The notes beneath the pieces were generated by a model. The model was not told the origin of the DNA. It did no database searches and saw only the letters and a program-made list of their open reading frames with translations. The position numbers and the translations under genes were made by a program. DNA of 64,000 bases, taken from Gammaproteobacteria bacterium. Lineage in GTDB: Bacteria > Pseudomonadota > Gammaproteobacteria > Magnimaribacterales > AG-339-G14. Positions within the stretch are counted from its first letter, which is position 1; every line of letters starts with the position of its first letter. Location of the stretch: the NCBI GenBank assembly GCA_045564455.1, contig JBJLHG010000001.1, positions 11,754-75,753 on the forward strand. Direction: 5' to 3'. Below, piece by piece: positions 32,430 to 42,366 of this stretch.

Positions 32430-33605
32430 ATGGAAGATTTAGATAAAAACTTTTCAGCAATTGATAGATTGCCTCCATATATTTTTGAGCAAATTAATGC
32501 TTTAAAAATGAAAGCTAGAAGAGAAGGAGAAGATATTATTGACTTTAGCATGGGTAATCCAGATGGAGAGACTCCACAATTTATTGTAGATAAGTTAACA
32601 GAAACTGTTCAGAGACCAGACACTCACAGGTATTCTCAGTCAATAGGTATTCCAAGATTAAGGAAAGCTATAACTGATTGGTATGAAAGAAAATTTGAAG
32701 TTATTTTAGATCCAAATAATGAGGCGATAGTAACAATAGGCTCTAAGGAAGGACTTGGGCACCTAGCAATGGCAACAGTAGATAAAGGAGATATTGTTTT
32801 AGTTCCTAATCCCGCTTATCCAATTCATCCTTTTGGTTTTGTTATAGCTGGGGCTGATATAAGGCATGTGCCAATTGGTCCAAATATTGATTTTTTTGAT
32901 AGCCTTGAAGAAGCAATCAAATCTTCTTTTCCGAAACCTAAAATGCTTTTAATTAATTTTCCTAGCAATCCCACTACACAATGCGTAGATAAGGCTTTTT
33001 TTGAAAGAGTTATTAAAATAGCCAAAGAAAACTCTATTTGGGTTGTTCATGATCTTGCATATGCAGATTTATGTTTTGATGGCTATAAAGCACCATCAAT
33101 TCTTGAGGTGGAGGGCGCTAAAGATATAGCAGTAGAATTTTTTACTTTATCTAAAAGTTATAATATGCCTGGTTGGCGAGTAGGCTTTTGTTGTGGAAAT
33201 CCAGAACTAATAAATGCTTTGGCCAGATTAAAATCTTATTTTGATTATGGTCATTTCACTCCGATACAAGTGGCTGCAATCGATGCCTTAAACAATGGTG
33301 ACAAATTTGTTGAAGAAATTTGTGAAATGTACAAATACAGAAGAAATGTTCTCTGCGATGGTCTGAATAGCATGGGCTGGTCTGTTGAAAAACCAAAAGC
33401 TACGATGTTCGTTTGGGCTAAAATTCCCGAACATTTTAAAATGAAGTCATTAGAGTTTTCTAAGCTTTTATTAGAAGAAGCAAAAGTTGCCGTATCTCCT
33501 GGAGTGGGGTTTGGTGCATATGGTGATGATTCTGTTAGATTTTCTTTGATAGAAAATGAACAAAGAACAAGGCAAGCATTAAAAAGCATAAAAAAACTTT
33601 TTTAA
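32430..33605 (+). CDS. PLP-dependent aminotransferase class I (AlaC-like)
   Basis: 391 aa (NPxNPT-like [20 protein letters not shown]). Position upstream of hom as in pseudomonads. Confidence 0.8.
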   Translation: MEDLDKNFSAIDRLPPYIFEQINALKMKARREGEDIIDFSMGNPDGETPQFIVDKLTETVQRPDTHRYSQSIGIPRLRKAITDWYERKFEVILDPNNEAIVTIGSKEGLGHLAMATVDKGDIVLVPNPAYPIHPFGFVIAGADIRHVPIGPNIDFFDSLEEAIKSSFPKPKMLLINFPSNPTTQCVDKAFFERVIKIAKENSIWVVHDLAYADLCFDGYKAPSILEVEGAKDIAVEFFTLSKSYNMPGWRVGFCCGNPELINALARLKSYFDYGHFTPIQVAAIDALNNGDKFVEEICEMYKYRRNVLCDGLNSMGWSVEKPKATMFVWAKIPEHFKMKSLEFSKLLLEEAKVAVSPGVGFGAYGDDSVRFSLIENEQRTRQALKSIKKLF

Positions 33606-33616
33606 AATATATATAA

Positions 33617-34891
33617 ATGAAAACTATAAATATTGGACTTTGCGGAACTGGAAATGTTGGGCTTTCTTTCATTGAAGTTATTGATACTAATAAAGATAAA
33701 ATTTTTGATAAATATGGAATAAATTTAAATATTTCGGTCATTGGCGCAAGAAAAGGAAAGGTTGAAAATAGTATATTTGATGGAGAAATAGAAACAGATA
33801 TCTTGAAAGTTCCTTTAAGAGCTGATGTGGATGTAGTTGTTGAGTTAATTGGAGGAACAGATATCTCATATGAATTAGCAACTCTCTCTTTAAAACATAA
33901 CAAACACTATGTAACCGCTAATAAGGCTCTAATGGCATCTAAAGGAAAAGATCTATATCTTCAAGCTAGCAAAAGAAATTTGCATATTGGATTTGAAGCA
34001 TCAGTTGCTGGCGGAATTCCAATAATAAGAACTTTGCGAGATGGTTTGATTTCAAATGATGTGAATTGGTTTGCCGGCATTTTGAATGGAACTTCTAATT
34101 TTATTTTCTCAAAAATGGATACAGAAAAAAAAAGTTTTTCCAATGCTTTGCAACTCGCCCAAGAGTTAGGTTTTGCTGAGCCAGATCCCACTTTAGATAT
34201 AAATGGCACCGATGCAGCCCAGAAAACATCTATCCTATCATTCATTTCTTTTGCAGCCGATATTGCTCCCTCTGATGTTTTTTTTGAAGGTATTGAAAAT
34301 ATTGATTCCCAGGACATGGAATACGGAAAGCAACTTGGCTTAACTTTAAAGCCGTTGTCTGTTGGAAGAAGTTCTAAATTTGGAATTTCAATGGGTTCTT
34401 TCCCAGCTTTTATAAAAAAAGATCAAATCTTAGCTTCAATAAATAATGAGAGTAACGTAGTAGAGATTAATACAGAAAACTTGAGCTCCACAGCTTTCTC
34501 TGGACCAGGAGCCGGAGGATTTCCCACAGCTTGCTCTGTTCTAAATGACATAATAGATATTGGGCAAGGAAAGTTTTTTGACTATTCTAAACTTTTAAAT
34601 AAAAAAAATATTCTTAACTTTGATGAATATATCTCTCCCAGATATCTCAAGATTATGGTTAAAGATGAAACTGGAGTAGTTGCAAAAATATCTTCTTTAA
34701 TTGCAAAAAAAAATCTTAGTATTGATAACCTAATTCAAAAGGATCAAGATAAAACAGATGACCTTATACCTTTGGTCATTGTTTTAGGGCCTTCAAAAGA
34801 AAAAGTGGTAATCGAATTAATTAAAGATTTAAAAAAATTAGAAGCTATTTCAGGAAACATTCAACACATAAGAATTTTTAGTCCAAAGTAA
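33617..34891 (+). CDS. hom: Homoserine dehydrogenase (with C-terminal ACT domain)
   Basis: 424 aa (GLCGTGNVG, VTANKAL, EASVAGGIPII, GILNGTSNFI). Confidence 0.85.
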   Translation: MKTINIGLCGTGNVGLSFIEVIDTNKDKIFDKYGINLNISVIGARKGKVENSIFDGEIETDILKVPLRADVDVVVELIGGTDISYELATLSLKHNKHYVTANKALMASKGKDLYLQASKRNLHIGFEASVAGGIPIIRTLRDGLISNDVNWFAGILNGTSNFIFSKMDTEKKSFSNALQLAQELGFAEPDPTLDINGTDAAQKTSILSFISFAADIAPSDVFFEGIENIDSQDMEYGKQLGLTLKPLSVGRSSKFGISMGSFPAFIKKDQILASINNESNVVEINTENLSSTAFSGPGAGGFPTACSVLNDIIDIGQGKFFDYSKLLNKKNILNFDEYISPRYLKIMVKDETGVVAKISSLIAKKNLSIDNLIQKDQDKTDDLIPLVIVLGPSKEKVVIELIKDLKKLEAISGNIQHIRIFSPK

Positions 34892-36285
34892 TGAAATATT
34901 CAAGCACTAGAGGAAATTCTCCATCAGTTAGCTTCATAGATGTTTTGACTTCTGGAGTTGCCCCAGACGGAGGATTATACATTCCAGAAGCCTTTCCAAG
35001 GTTTCTCGAAGAAGAAATTAAAGAATTAAAAAATCTCTCTTATCAAGATCTTGCAAGAAATATAATTTATCCTTTTCTGGATGATTTTTTAACTAATAAG
35101 GAACTTGAAGAGGTTATCAATGATGCTTATTCTTCTTTTAGATCTGAAGAAGTTGTTGAATTAGTTCATGATAAAAATATAGGATATATTTTAGAACTTT
35201 TTCATGGTCCAACATTTGCATTCAAAGATGTAGCAATGCAATTATTGGCAGGCCTGTTAAACAAAGCCTCGGAAAAAATAGATAAAAAAATAGTCATTCT
35301 TGGCGCTACTTCTGGAGATACAGGTTCTGCAGCAATAGAAGCATGCAAAAGATATATAGATATAGATATATTTATACTATTTCCCAATAAGAAAATATCT
35401 AAAGTTCAGCAAAAACAAATGACAACTTCTGGTTCAGCCAATGTATTTCCTATAGCAATAAATGGGGATTTCGACGATTGTCAGGATCATGTTAAAAAAC
35501 TTTTTTTAGAACAATCAAGCTTTAGCCAAATTCAATTCGTTTCTATTAACTCTATTAATTGGACAAGAATAATGGCCCAAAGTGTATATTTTTTTTACAC
35601 TAGATTTAAGCTGGATAGGTCGAAATTTATAGCATCTATACCTTCAGGAAATTTTGGTCATGCCTATGCAGGATGGTGTGCCAAAAAAATGGGGTTAGAC
35701 ATAGACGGTATTCACATTGCTACTAATAAGAATGACATTTTACACAGATTGATTTCTAGCAACTTCTATAAGAGAGATAATACTCAGCAATCTCTGGCTC
35801 CAAGTATGGATATATCCGTTGCAAGTAACTTTGAAAGACTCCTCTATGATATTTTTAATGAAAATAAAGATGCGGTTAATAAATTAATGACCAATTTTCC
35901 CGAAAATCAAATTGACCTTAATAAAAATCATGATGGTCAGAGTTGGAAATTAATTAAAGATTTTTTTACTAGCTCATCTTCTAATGATCAAGAAATAATT
36001 TCTACAATAGTTGGATCTTATGAGGATAGTGGAATTATTTTCGATCCACATACTGCTACAGCAATAAATGGCAACAAAAAAAGTAAATTGCCTATAAGTA
36101 ATGTAGTTTCATTTGCAACTGCCCATCCAGGAAAATTTCCTGATGCAATTGAATCTCATATTAAAGATTTCGATTCTCATCGCCCTGAGCAATTAGTTAA
36201 AATTATGAAAAAAAAAGAAAGTTATGACATTCTCGATAAGAACTACATATCTTTAAAGGAATTTATTAAAAGTAAGTACAATTAG
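34891..36285 (+). CDS. thrC: Threonine synthase
   Basis: 464 aa (YSSTRG...GLYIPE, LELFHGPTFAFKDVA with the PLP lysine, ATSGDTGSAA). Confidence 0.85.
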   Translation: MKYSSTRGNSPSVSFIDVLTSGVAPDGGLYIPEAFPRFLEEEIKELKNLSYQDLARNIIYPFLDDFLTNKELEEVINDAYSSFRSEEVVELVHDKNIGYILELFHGPTFAFKDVAMQLLAGLLNKASEKIDKKIVILGATSGDTGSAAIEACKRYIDIDIFILFPNKKISKVQQKQMTTSGSANVFPIAINGDFDDCQDHVKKLFLEQSSFSQIQFVSINSINWTRIMAQSVYFFYTRFKLDRSKFIASIPSGNFGHAYAGWCAKKMGLDIDGIHIATNKNDILHRLISSNFYKRDNTQQSLAPSMDISVASNFERLLYDIFNENKDAVNKLMTNFPENQIDLNKNHDGQSWKLIKDFFTSSSSNDQEIISTIVGSYEDSGIIFDPHTATAINGNKKSKLPISNVVSFATAHPGKFPDAIESHIKDFDSHRPEQLVKIMKKKESYDILDKNYISLKEFIKSKYN

Positions 36286-36288
36286 CAA

Positions 36289-37387
36289 ATGAATGATTCT
36301 TCCATTATTGATAGATTAAAAGATTCAAAAAATGAATTAGAGGATCTTCGGAGGTATCTTTGACTTAGATTCTAAACAATCAAGACTAGAAGAACTGCAT
36401 AAAGAATTTGAGAATCCAGATGTCTGGAAAAACCAATCTTTGAGCCAGTCATTAGGGAAAGAGAAATCCTCTTTAGAGAAAATAACCAATCAATTTTCTT
36501 TATTAGATTCTTCAATATCTGATTTAGAAGAACTTTTTGAAATGATTTCTAACGACAATGATGATTCTATTCAAGAACAAATATCAAATGAGTTAGATTC
36601 AATTCAGGAAGAATTATCCAATCTTCAATTTAATAGAATGTTTTCGGGTGAAACAGATGAAAATAATGCTTTTTTAGATATTCAATCTGGTTCAGGAGGA
36701 ACCGAAGCTCAGGATTGGGCTGAAATGTTATTAAGAATGTACTTGATGTGGGGAGAAAGAAAAAAATTTAAAACAGAAATTATTGAAGTATCGCCTGGAG
36801 AAGTTGCTGGAGTAAAAAGCGCAACAATTAAATTTGAAGGAGATTTTTGTTTTGGATGGCTTAGAACAGAAACTGGTGTTCATCGTTTAGTAAGAAAATC
36901 TCCTTTTGATTCTGGAAGTAGAAGACATACATCTTTTGCTTCAATTTTTGTCTCTCCAGAAATTGATGACAATATAGATATTGAGTTAAATTCTGCAGAT
37001 ATAAGAATAGATACTTATCGAGCTAGTGGAGCAGGAGGACAACATGTTAATAAAACTGATTCAGCAGTCAGATTAACTCATGAGCCTTCAGGTGTAGTCG
37101 TTCAGTGCCAGACTCAAAGATCTCAACACAAGAATAAAGATAAAGCGATGAAGCAACTTAGAGCAAAGCTTTATGAATTAGAATTAAAAAAACAAGATGA
37201 TGCAATGAAAGATTTAGAAGACTCTAAAGCTGATATAGGATGGGGGAGTCAAATAAGATCTTATGTGTTAGATTCTGCAAGAATTAAAGATTTAAGAACC
37301 GGAATAGAGACTTCTAATTGTTCAGATATTTTAGATGGAAATTTAGATGTATTTATTGAAGAAAGCCTTAAAATGGGAATTAAATGA
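36289..37387 (+). CDS. prfB: Peptide chain release factor 2, requires programmed +1 frameshift at 36361
   Basis: ORF0 ATG 36289...CTT TGA (36358-36363). The +1 frame continues [12 protein letters not shown]... into the track ORF 36440..37387. SPF (RKSPFDS) and GGQ ([10 protein letters not shown]) motifs are present. Confidence 0.9.
36350..36364 (+). other. RF2 autoregulatory +1 frameshift site
   Basis: GGAGG TAT CTT TGA C. E. coli has AGGGGG TAT CTT TGA C. An internal SD-like element lies 3 nt before the CTT slippery codon, followed by a UGA-C stop. Confidence 0.85.
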
Positions 37388-38838
37388 CAGATCAAATGGA
37401 TGAAAATCACTTAGTTGAGGAGCGTAAAAAGAAACTTCACGCGCTAAGAGAAAATACTAATGCTTATCCGAATAGTTTTCGAAGAGATTCTCTTGCTGAA
37501 AACCTTCTCAATTCTTATGGGGAATTATCAAAAGAAGACCTAGAGAAAAAAAATATTAATATTTCTGTAGCCGGAAGAATAATGTTGCGAAGAATTATGG
37601 GTAAAGCAAGTTTCTGTGCTATTCAGGATATGTCAGGAAGAATTCAGCTCTATTTAAGAGGAAACGAGCTAGATAATTATGAAAGTTTTAAAGATTGGGA
37701 TATTGGCGATATTGTCGGCGCTTCTGGAAGACTCTTTAAAACGAATACAGGTGAATTATCAATTCACCTAGATAACATTTCACTGTTAACAAAATCTTTA
37801 AGACCTTTACCTGAAAAGCATGCTGGCTTATCGGATATCGAGACAAGATACAGAAAAAGATACTTGGATTTACTTACAAACGAAGATAGTCTAAAAACCT
37901 TTAAAGTAAGAAGCTCTATCATCTCTAAAATAAGAAATTATTTAATAAATGATGATTTTATAGAGGTGGAAACTCCAATGATGCATTCTATTCCTGGTGG
38001 CGCAACAGCCAGACCTTTTGTTACTCATCATAACTCTTTAAATATGGATTTATATCTTAGAGTAGCTCCAGAACTTTATTTAAAAAGATTAGTTGTGGGA
38101 GGAATGGAAAAAGTATTTGAAATCAATAGAAACTTTAGAAATGAAGGGCTTTCCACGAGACATAATCCTGAATTCACCATGCTTGAATTCTATACAGCTT
38201 ATGTAGATGTTAATCACCAAATGAGTTTTGTAGAAAACATGCTCAGAGATGTTGAAAAAAACCTTGAAATTGAATCAAATATTTTTTCTAGTAATTTTGC
38301 CAAACTATCCATGGATGAGGCGATATTAAAATATACAACTTTAGACGATAATGATTTACTGAATATTGAGACATTAAAATCTTTTTGTTTAGATTCAAAA
38401 ATAAAGGTTGAAAAAGAAGCTGTTATCGGAATTTTAAAAGCTGAAATTTTTGATTCCATGATAGAAAAAGAGCTTATAGAACCAACTTTTGTATACAACT
38501 ATCCTATAGAAATTTCTCCTCTTTCACGCTCCCTTGATAATAATGAAATGATTGCAGAAAGATTCGAACTTTTTGTTAATGGAAGAGAACTGGGAAATGC
38601 TTTTTCTGAGTTAAATGATCCTATTGAACAAGCAAATAGATTTAAAGCTCAAGCAGAAAAAAAAGATTCAGGCGATCAAGAAGCAATGCACTTTGATAGC
38701 GATTATATAGAAGCTTTAGAGTATGGCTTAGCTCCTTGTGCAGGAGTGGGGATTGGCATAGATAGGCTAGTTATGCTTCTTACTGGTGCCGAGTCTATCA
38801 GAGATGTTCTTTTATTTCCTCAACTTAAAAACAAATAG
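37384..38838 (+). CDS. lysS: Lysine--tRNA ligase (class II)
   Basis: 484 aa ([39 protein letters not shown]). ATGA overlap with prfB. Confidence 0.95.
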   Translation: MTDQMDENHLVEERKKKLHALRENTNAYPNSFRRDSLAENLLNSYGELSKEDLEKKNINISVAGRIMLRRIMGKASFCAIQDMSGRIQLYLRGNELDNYESFKDWDIGDIVGASGRLFKTNTGELSIHLDNISLLTKSLRPLPEKHAGLSDIETRYRKRYLDLLTNEDSLKTFKVRSSIISKIRNYLINDDFIEVETPMMHSIPGGATARPFVTHHNSLNMDLYLRVAPELYLKRLVVGGMEKVFEINRNFRNEGLSTRHNPEFTMLEFYTAYVDVNHQMSFVENMLRDVEKNLEIESNIFSSNFAKLSMDEAILKYTTLDDNDLLNIETLKSFCLDSKIKVEKEAVIGILKAEIFDSMIEKELIEPTFVYNYPIEISPLSRSLDNNEMIAERFELFVNGRELGNAFSELNDPIEQANRFKAQAEKKDSGDQEAMHFDSDYIEALEYGLAPCAGVGIGIDRLVMLLTGAESIRDVLLFPQLKNK

Positions 38839-38840
38839 TT

Positions 38841-40052
38841 ATGACTAAGAATTGGACCAAAATACGATCTAAAGTTAAGGATTTTATTGAGTCTGAAATT
38901 TATCCTATAGAAGCAAAACTAGCACAGCAAAATAAAGAATCAGCTGAATTGCTAACATCCGTAATGAATCTTGCTAAGGAAGAGAAGATATGGGCTTTAG
39001 GACATCCTAAGGATATAGGCGGTGGCGGAATGCCTTTTATGGAGTATGTTTATATTAATGAAGTCGTTGGTAGGTCATCATTTGCAATGGTTGCTCTAGG
39101 AACACACTCACTTCAGGATTCAATAATGCTTAGAGAATATGCCTCAGAAAAATGGAAAGAGGAATATTTAGAACCTTTGGTCCAAGGAGAGATTTTTCCG
39201 AGTTTTGGAATGACAGAGCCTGAAGTAGCTAGTTCAGATCCAACTCAACTTCAAACATCAGCTCTTTTAGAAAATGGAAAGTGGAAAATAAATGGAAGAA
39301 AATGGTTTACCACAGGAGCTGCAAGAGCTGCTTACACTACTGTGATGTGTAAAACAGAGTTTGACTCATCTAGTCATGGCTCTTTCAGCATGATAATTGT
39401 TCCAACAGATAATCCTGGATATAAAATAATAAGAGAGACTCCTGTCCTAGGAATTAATGGTGGTCATTATGAAGTTGAGTATGACAATGTAGAAGTTCCT
39501 GAGGAAAACTTACTTGGCCCCAGAGGGCATGGTTTTTTGATAGCTCAGAAAAGATTAGGCCCTGGAAGAATTTTTCATTGCATGAGATGGCTAGGACAAG
39601 CGCAAAGAGCTTTTGATTTGATGGCCTCAAGAATGCATGAAAGAGAGACTTTCGGCACGCCGCTTGCTGAAAAACAATTATTACAAAAATTTGTTTTTGA
39701 TAGTGCATGTGAAATACAAGCTTCAAGGCAATTAACTTTAGATGCTGCAAAAAGAATTGATCAAGGAGATGACGCACGAATAGAAATAGGCTTGATAAAA
39801 GTAGTTGGAGCAAAAATGCTTCATAATGTTATAGACAGAGCAATACAAGTTTACGGAGCAAAAGGTTTAACAGATGATACTCCCTTAAGTTTAATGTATA
39901 GACATGCAAGAGAAGCAAGGATTTATGATGGGCCCGATGAAGTTCATATTCAGTCAGTTGCTAAAAGAATTCTTAAACATTATGAAAATAATGGTTCAGG
40001 TTGGGACTTCGGGGAAAGAGACGCCTCGCTGATATCGTCTGTAAATGAATAA
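38841..40052 (+). CDS. Acyl-CoA dehydrogenase family protein, ACAD10/11- or LvaC-like subtype
   Basis: 403 aa ACAD fold (FGMTEPEVASSD, ...RIYDGPDEVH in place of the usual YEGT.E catalytic-Glu motif). Confidence 0.85.
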   Translation: MTKNWTKIRSKVKDFIESEIYPIEAKLAQQNKESAELLTSVMNLAKEEKIWALGHPKDIGGGGMPFMEYVYINEVVGRSSFAMVALGTHSLQDSIMLREYASEKWKEEYLEPLVQGEIFPSFGMTEPEVASSDPTQLQTSALLENGKWKINGRKWFTTGAARAAYTTVMCKTEFDSSSHGSFSMIIVPTDNPGYKIIRETPVLGINGGHYEVEYDNVEVPEENLLGPRGHGFLIAQKRLGPGRIFHCMRWLGQAQRAFDLMASRMHERETFGTPLAEKQLLQKFVFDSACEIQASRQLTLDAAKRIDQGDDARIEIGLIKVVGAKMLHNVIDRAIQVYGAKGLTDDTPLSLMYRHAREARIYDGPDEVHIQSVAKRILKHYENNGSGWDFGERDASLISSVNE

Positions 40053-41004
40053 ACTAAAATCATTCTTAGAAGATTCCTTAAAGATAAATATAAAAAAATT
40101 AGTTCCGTTAAGTGGAGGAGCTTCAGCAGAAATTAATAAAATTATTCTTGATAGTGGAATAGAATATATTTTGAGAAGATCTGCTTTTAAAAGTAATTCT
40201 CCATTAGCGATATCTAAAAGTGTCGAATCTAATATACAGCGCGAAGTTTTAAAGCTTGGTGCTCCTGTTCCAAAAATAATATTTGATTTCAATGAAAAAA
40301 ATGAAATAGGAGAAGGGTATGTGATGCAATATATCTCTGGTGAAACTATTCCTAGAAAAATATTGAGAGATAAAAACTTCGATTCATGTAGGAATAAACT
40401 TCTTTTTCAAATTGGAAGCGCATTGGCAAAGATTCATAGCACCCCAATTAATAATCTTGCTGATGTTAAAAAAATATCTTTTCATGATTCTTTAGATAAT
40501 CTTTATAAAATATATTTAAGTTTTGATAAATCACAACCTGTATTTGATTTAGCATTTAAATACTTAAGTAAAATTGAAATTGAAAGCTTCGATAAAGTTC
40601 TTGTTCATGGAGATTTTAGATTAGGTAATTTTATAATTTCGAACAAAGGTTTAGAGTCTGTCATCGATTGGGAGCTAGCTCATATTGGAAATCCAATAGA
40701 GGATTTAGCATGGTTGTGTGTGAAATCTTGGAGATTTGGAAATATCAATCAAAGAGCAGGAGGCTTAGGCTCAGTAGAGAAGTTACTCAATGGATATAAC
40801 TCTGTTTCGGATTTAGTCATTAATAATTCTCAGTTAAACTTATGGCAAATGTTTGGAACATTAAAATGGGGAATAATATGTATGGTTCAAACTTTTGCTC
40901 ATTTAAGTGGAGATATTAAGTCTATAGAAAAAGCTGCAATAGGAAGAAGGGTATCCGAGACCGAATTGGATTTAATGGAAATGATGAAAAATAATACTTT
41001 TTAA
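40045..41004 (+). CDS. APH-family phosphotransferase (LvaA-like / ACAD10/11 kinase-domain-like)
   Basis: 319 aa with catalytic loop VHGDFRLGNFI and metal-binding VIDWELA. 8-nt overlap with the ACAD gene. Confidence 0.8.
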   Translation: MNKLKSFLEDSLKINIKKLVPLSGGASAEINKIILDSGIEYILRRSAFKSNSPLAISKSVESNIQREVLKLGAPVPKIIFDFNEKNEIGEGYVMQYISGETIPRKILRDKNFDSCRNKLLFQIGSALAKIHSTPINNLADVKKISFHDSLDNLYKIYLSFDKSQPVFDLAFKYLSKIEIESFDKVLVHGDFRLGNFIISNKGLESVIDWELAHIGNPIEDLAWLCVKSWRFGNINQRAGGLGSVEKLLNGYNSVSDLVINNSQLNLWQMFGTLKWGIICMVQTFAHLSGDIKSIEKAAIGRRVSETELDLMEMMKNNTF

Positions 41005-41005
41005 A

Positions 41006-41344
41006 ATGGATTACTTTGACAGACCTAATGCACATGAACTTTTAGAAGCAGTCAGTTCGCTTATTGACGAACTTAATATAAACCCCAAAGAAATAAATAA
41101 TTTTAAAATTCATATAGCTTTAAATATATTAAATATAGTTCGAAGAGAAGTAGCTGAAAAAGATAGAATAGAAGAAAAGTTTTATAATTTAGGATCAATT
41201 ATTTCAAGAAAAAAAAATTTTCTTATGAAAGATATATCAAAATTAATTAAAGAAGAAAAAATTAATTTTAAAGATCAAATACTTATAGATTTTTTGCATG
41301 AGCTTTCTTTGGAAAAAATCAAAATTGATAATCCTAAGTACTAA
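41006..41344 (+). CDS. Small helical protein of unknown function (LvaB-like position)
   Basis: 112 aa. Starts 1 nt after the kinase stop, so apparently translationally coupled. Confidence 0.4.
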   Translation: MDYFDRPNAHELLEAVSSLIDELNINPKEINNFKIHIALNILNIVRREVAEKDRIEEKFYNLGSIISRKKNFLMKDISKLIKEEKINFKDQILIDFLHELSLEKIKIDNPKY

Positions 41345-41365
41345 AATTATTTAATAACTTGGCTG

Positions 41366-42364
41366 CTATATTAGATCTTTTACAGCATCTTTCTCTTCCT
41401 GTAACTCTGAAATAGTAATTTCGAGCTTTTCTTTAGCATAATTACTTATTTCTAAGCCTTGAATAATTTCAATTTTACCTTCTTTACTGGTTTTTAAAGG
41501 AAAGCCAAAAATTAATCCCTCAGGTATATCATAGCTTCCATCACTTAAAATCCCAGCACTGAAGCAATTTCCATCTTCAGAAGGATTGGAAGCTTGTTTA
41601 ATAGTATCAATGACTCCATTGGCAGCAGAGGCAGCAGAAGAAGCTCCTCTAGCATCAATGATTGCTTTTCCTCTTTGTTGAACTATTTCAAGAAAATTTT
41701 CTTTAATCCAAGAGTCATCGCTTATGGCAGAGGAAGCTGTTTGACCATCAACAAAAGCATTATCCAAATCTGGATACATGGTAGGACTATGATTTCCCCA
41801 AATAATCATATTTTTAATTTTAGAGATTTCAGTTCCTGTTTTAATTGAAACTTGAGCTTTAGCTCTATTAGCGTCTAATGCAGTCATTGCCATCCATGTT
41901 TGGTCTGGATTATTTGCATGAGTCATACCTATAAGCGCATTAGTATTTGCTGGGTTTCCAACAACTAATACTTTTGCATCTTTTTTTGCATTTTCTCCAA
42001 TCGCTTTCCCTTGGTCTGTAAAAATTCCGCCATTTATTCTTAACAGGTCTCCTCTTTCTTCAATTTTTTTCCCATTTATTGTTATTCCTCTAGGAATACT
42101 GCCAACTAAAAGAGCCCAATCCACTTGATGAGAAGCTTTATAAATATCTGAAAAAGCCTCAACTGAACCGAGAGTTGAAAAACCGCAGTCTTCAAGCTCC
42201 ATAATAATGCCATCCAGCTTCTCAACAACTTGAGGCACTTCTACAAGTTTTAAATTAACTGTTGTATTAGGACCAAAAGTCTCACCGCTGACTAATCTAG
42301 GTAATAACGCATAACCAATTTGTCCTGCTGCACCCGTAACTAAAACACTAATTTCATTTTTCAT
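41366..42364 (-). CDS. mdh: Malate dehydrogenase (LDH-like type 2 / 'cytosolic' clade)
   Basis: 332 aa (VTGAAGQIGYAL, VVGNPANTNA, IWGNHS). Confidence 0.9.
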   Translation of the reverse strand: MKNEISVLVTGAAGQIGYALLPRLVSGETFGPNTTVNLKLVEVPQVVEKLDGIIMELEDCGFSTLGSVEAFSDIYKASHQVDWALLVGSIPRGITINGKKIEERGDLLRINGGIFTDQGKAIGENAKKDAKVLVVGNPANTNALIGMTHANNPDQTWMAMTALDANRAKAQVSIKTGTEISKIKNMIIWGNHSPTMYPDLDNAFVDGQTASSAISDDSWIKENFLEIVQQRGKAIIDARGASSAASAANGVIDTIKQASNPSEDGNCFSAGILSDGSYDIPEGLIFGFPLKTSKEGKIEIIQGLEISNYAKEKLEITISELQEEKDAVKDLI

Positions 42365-42366
42365 AA

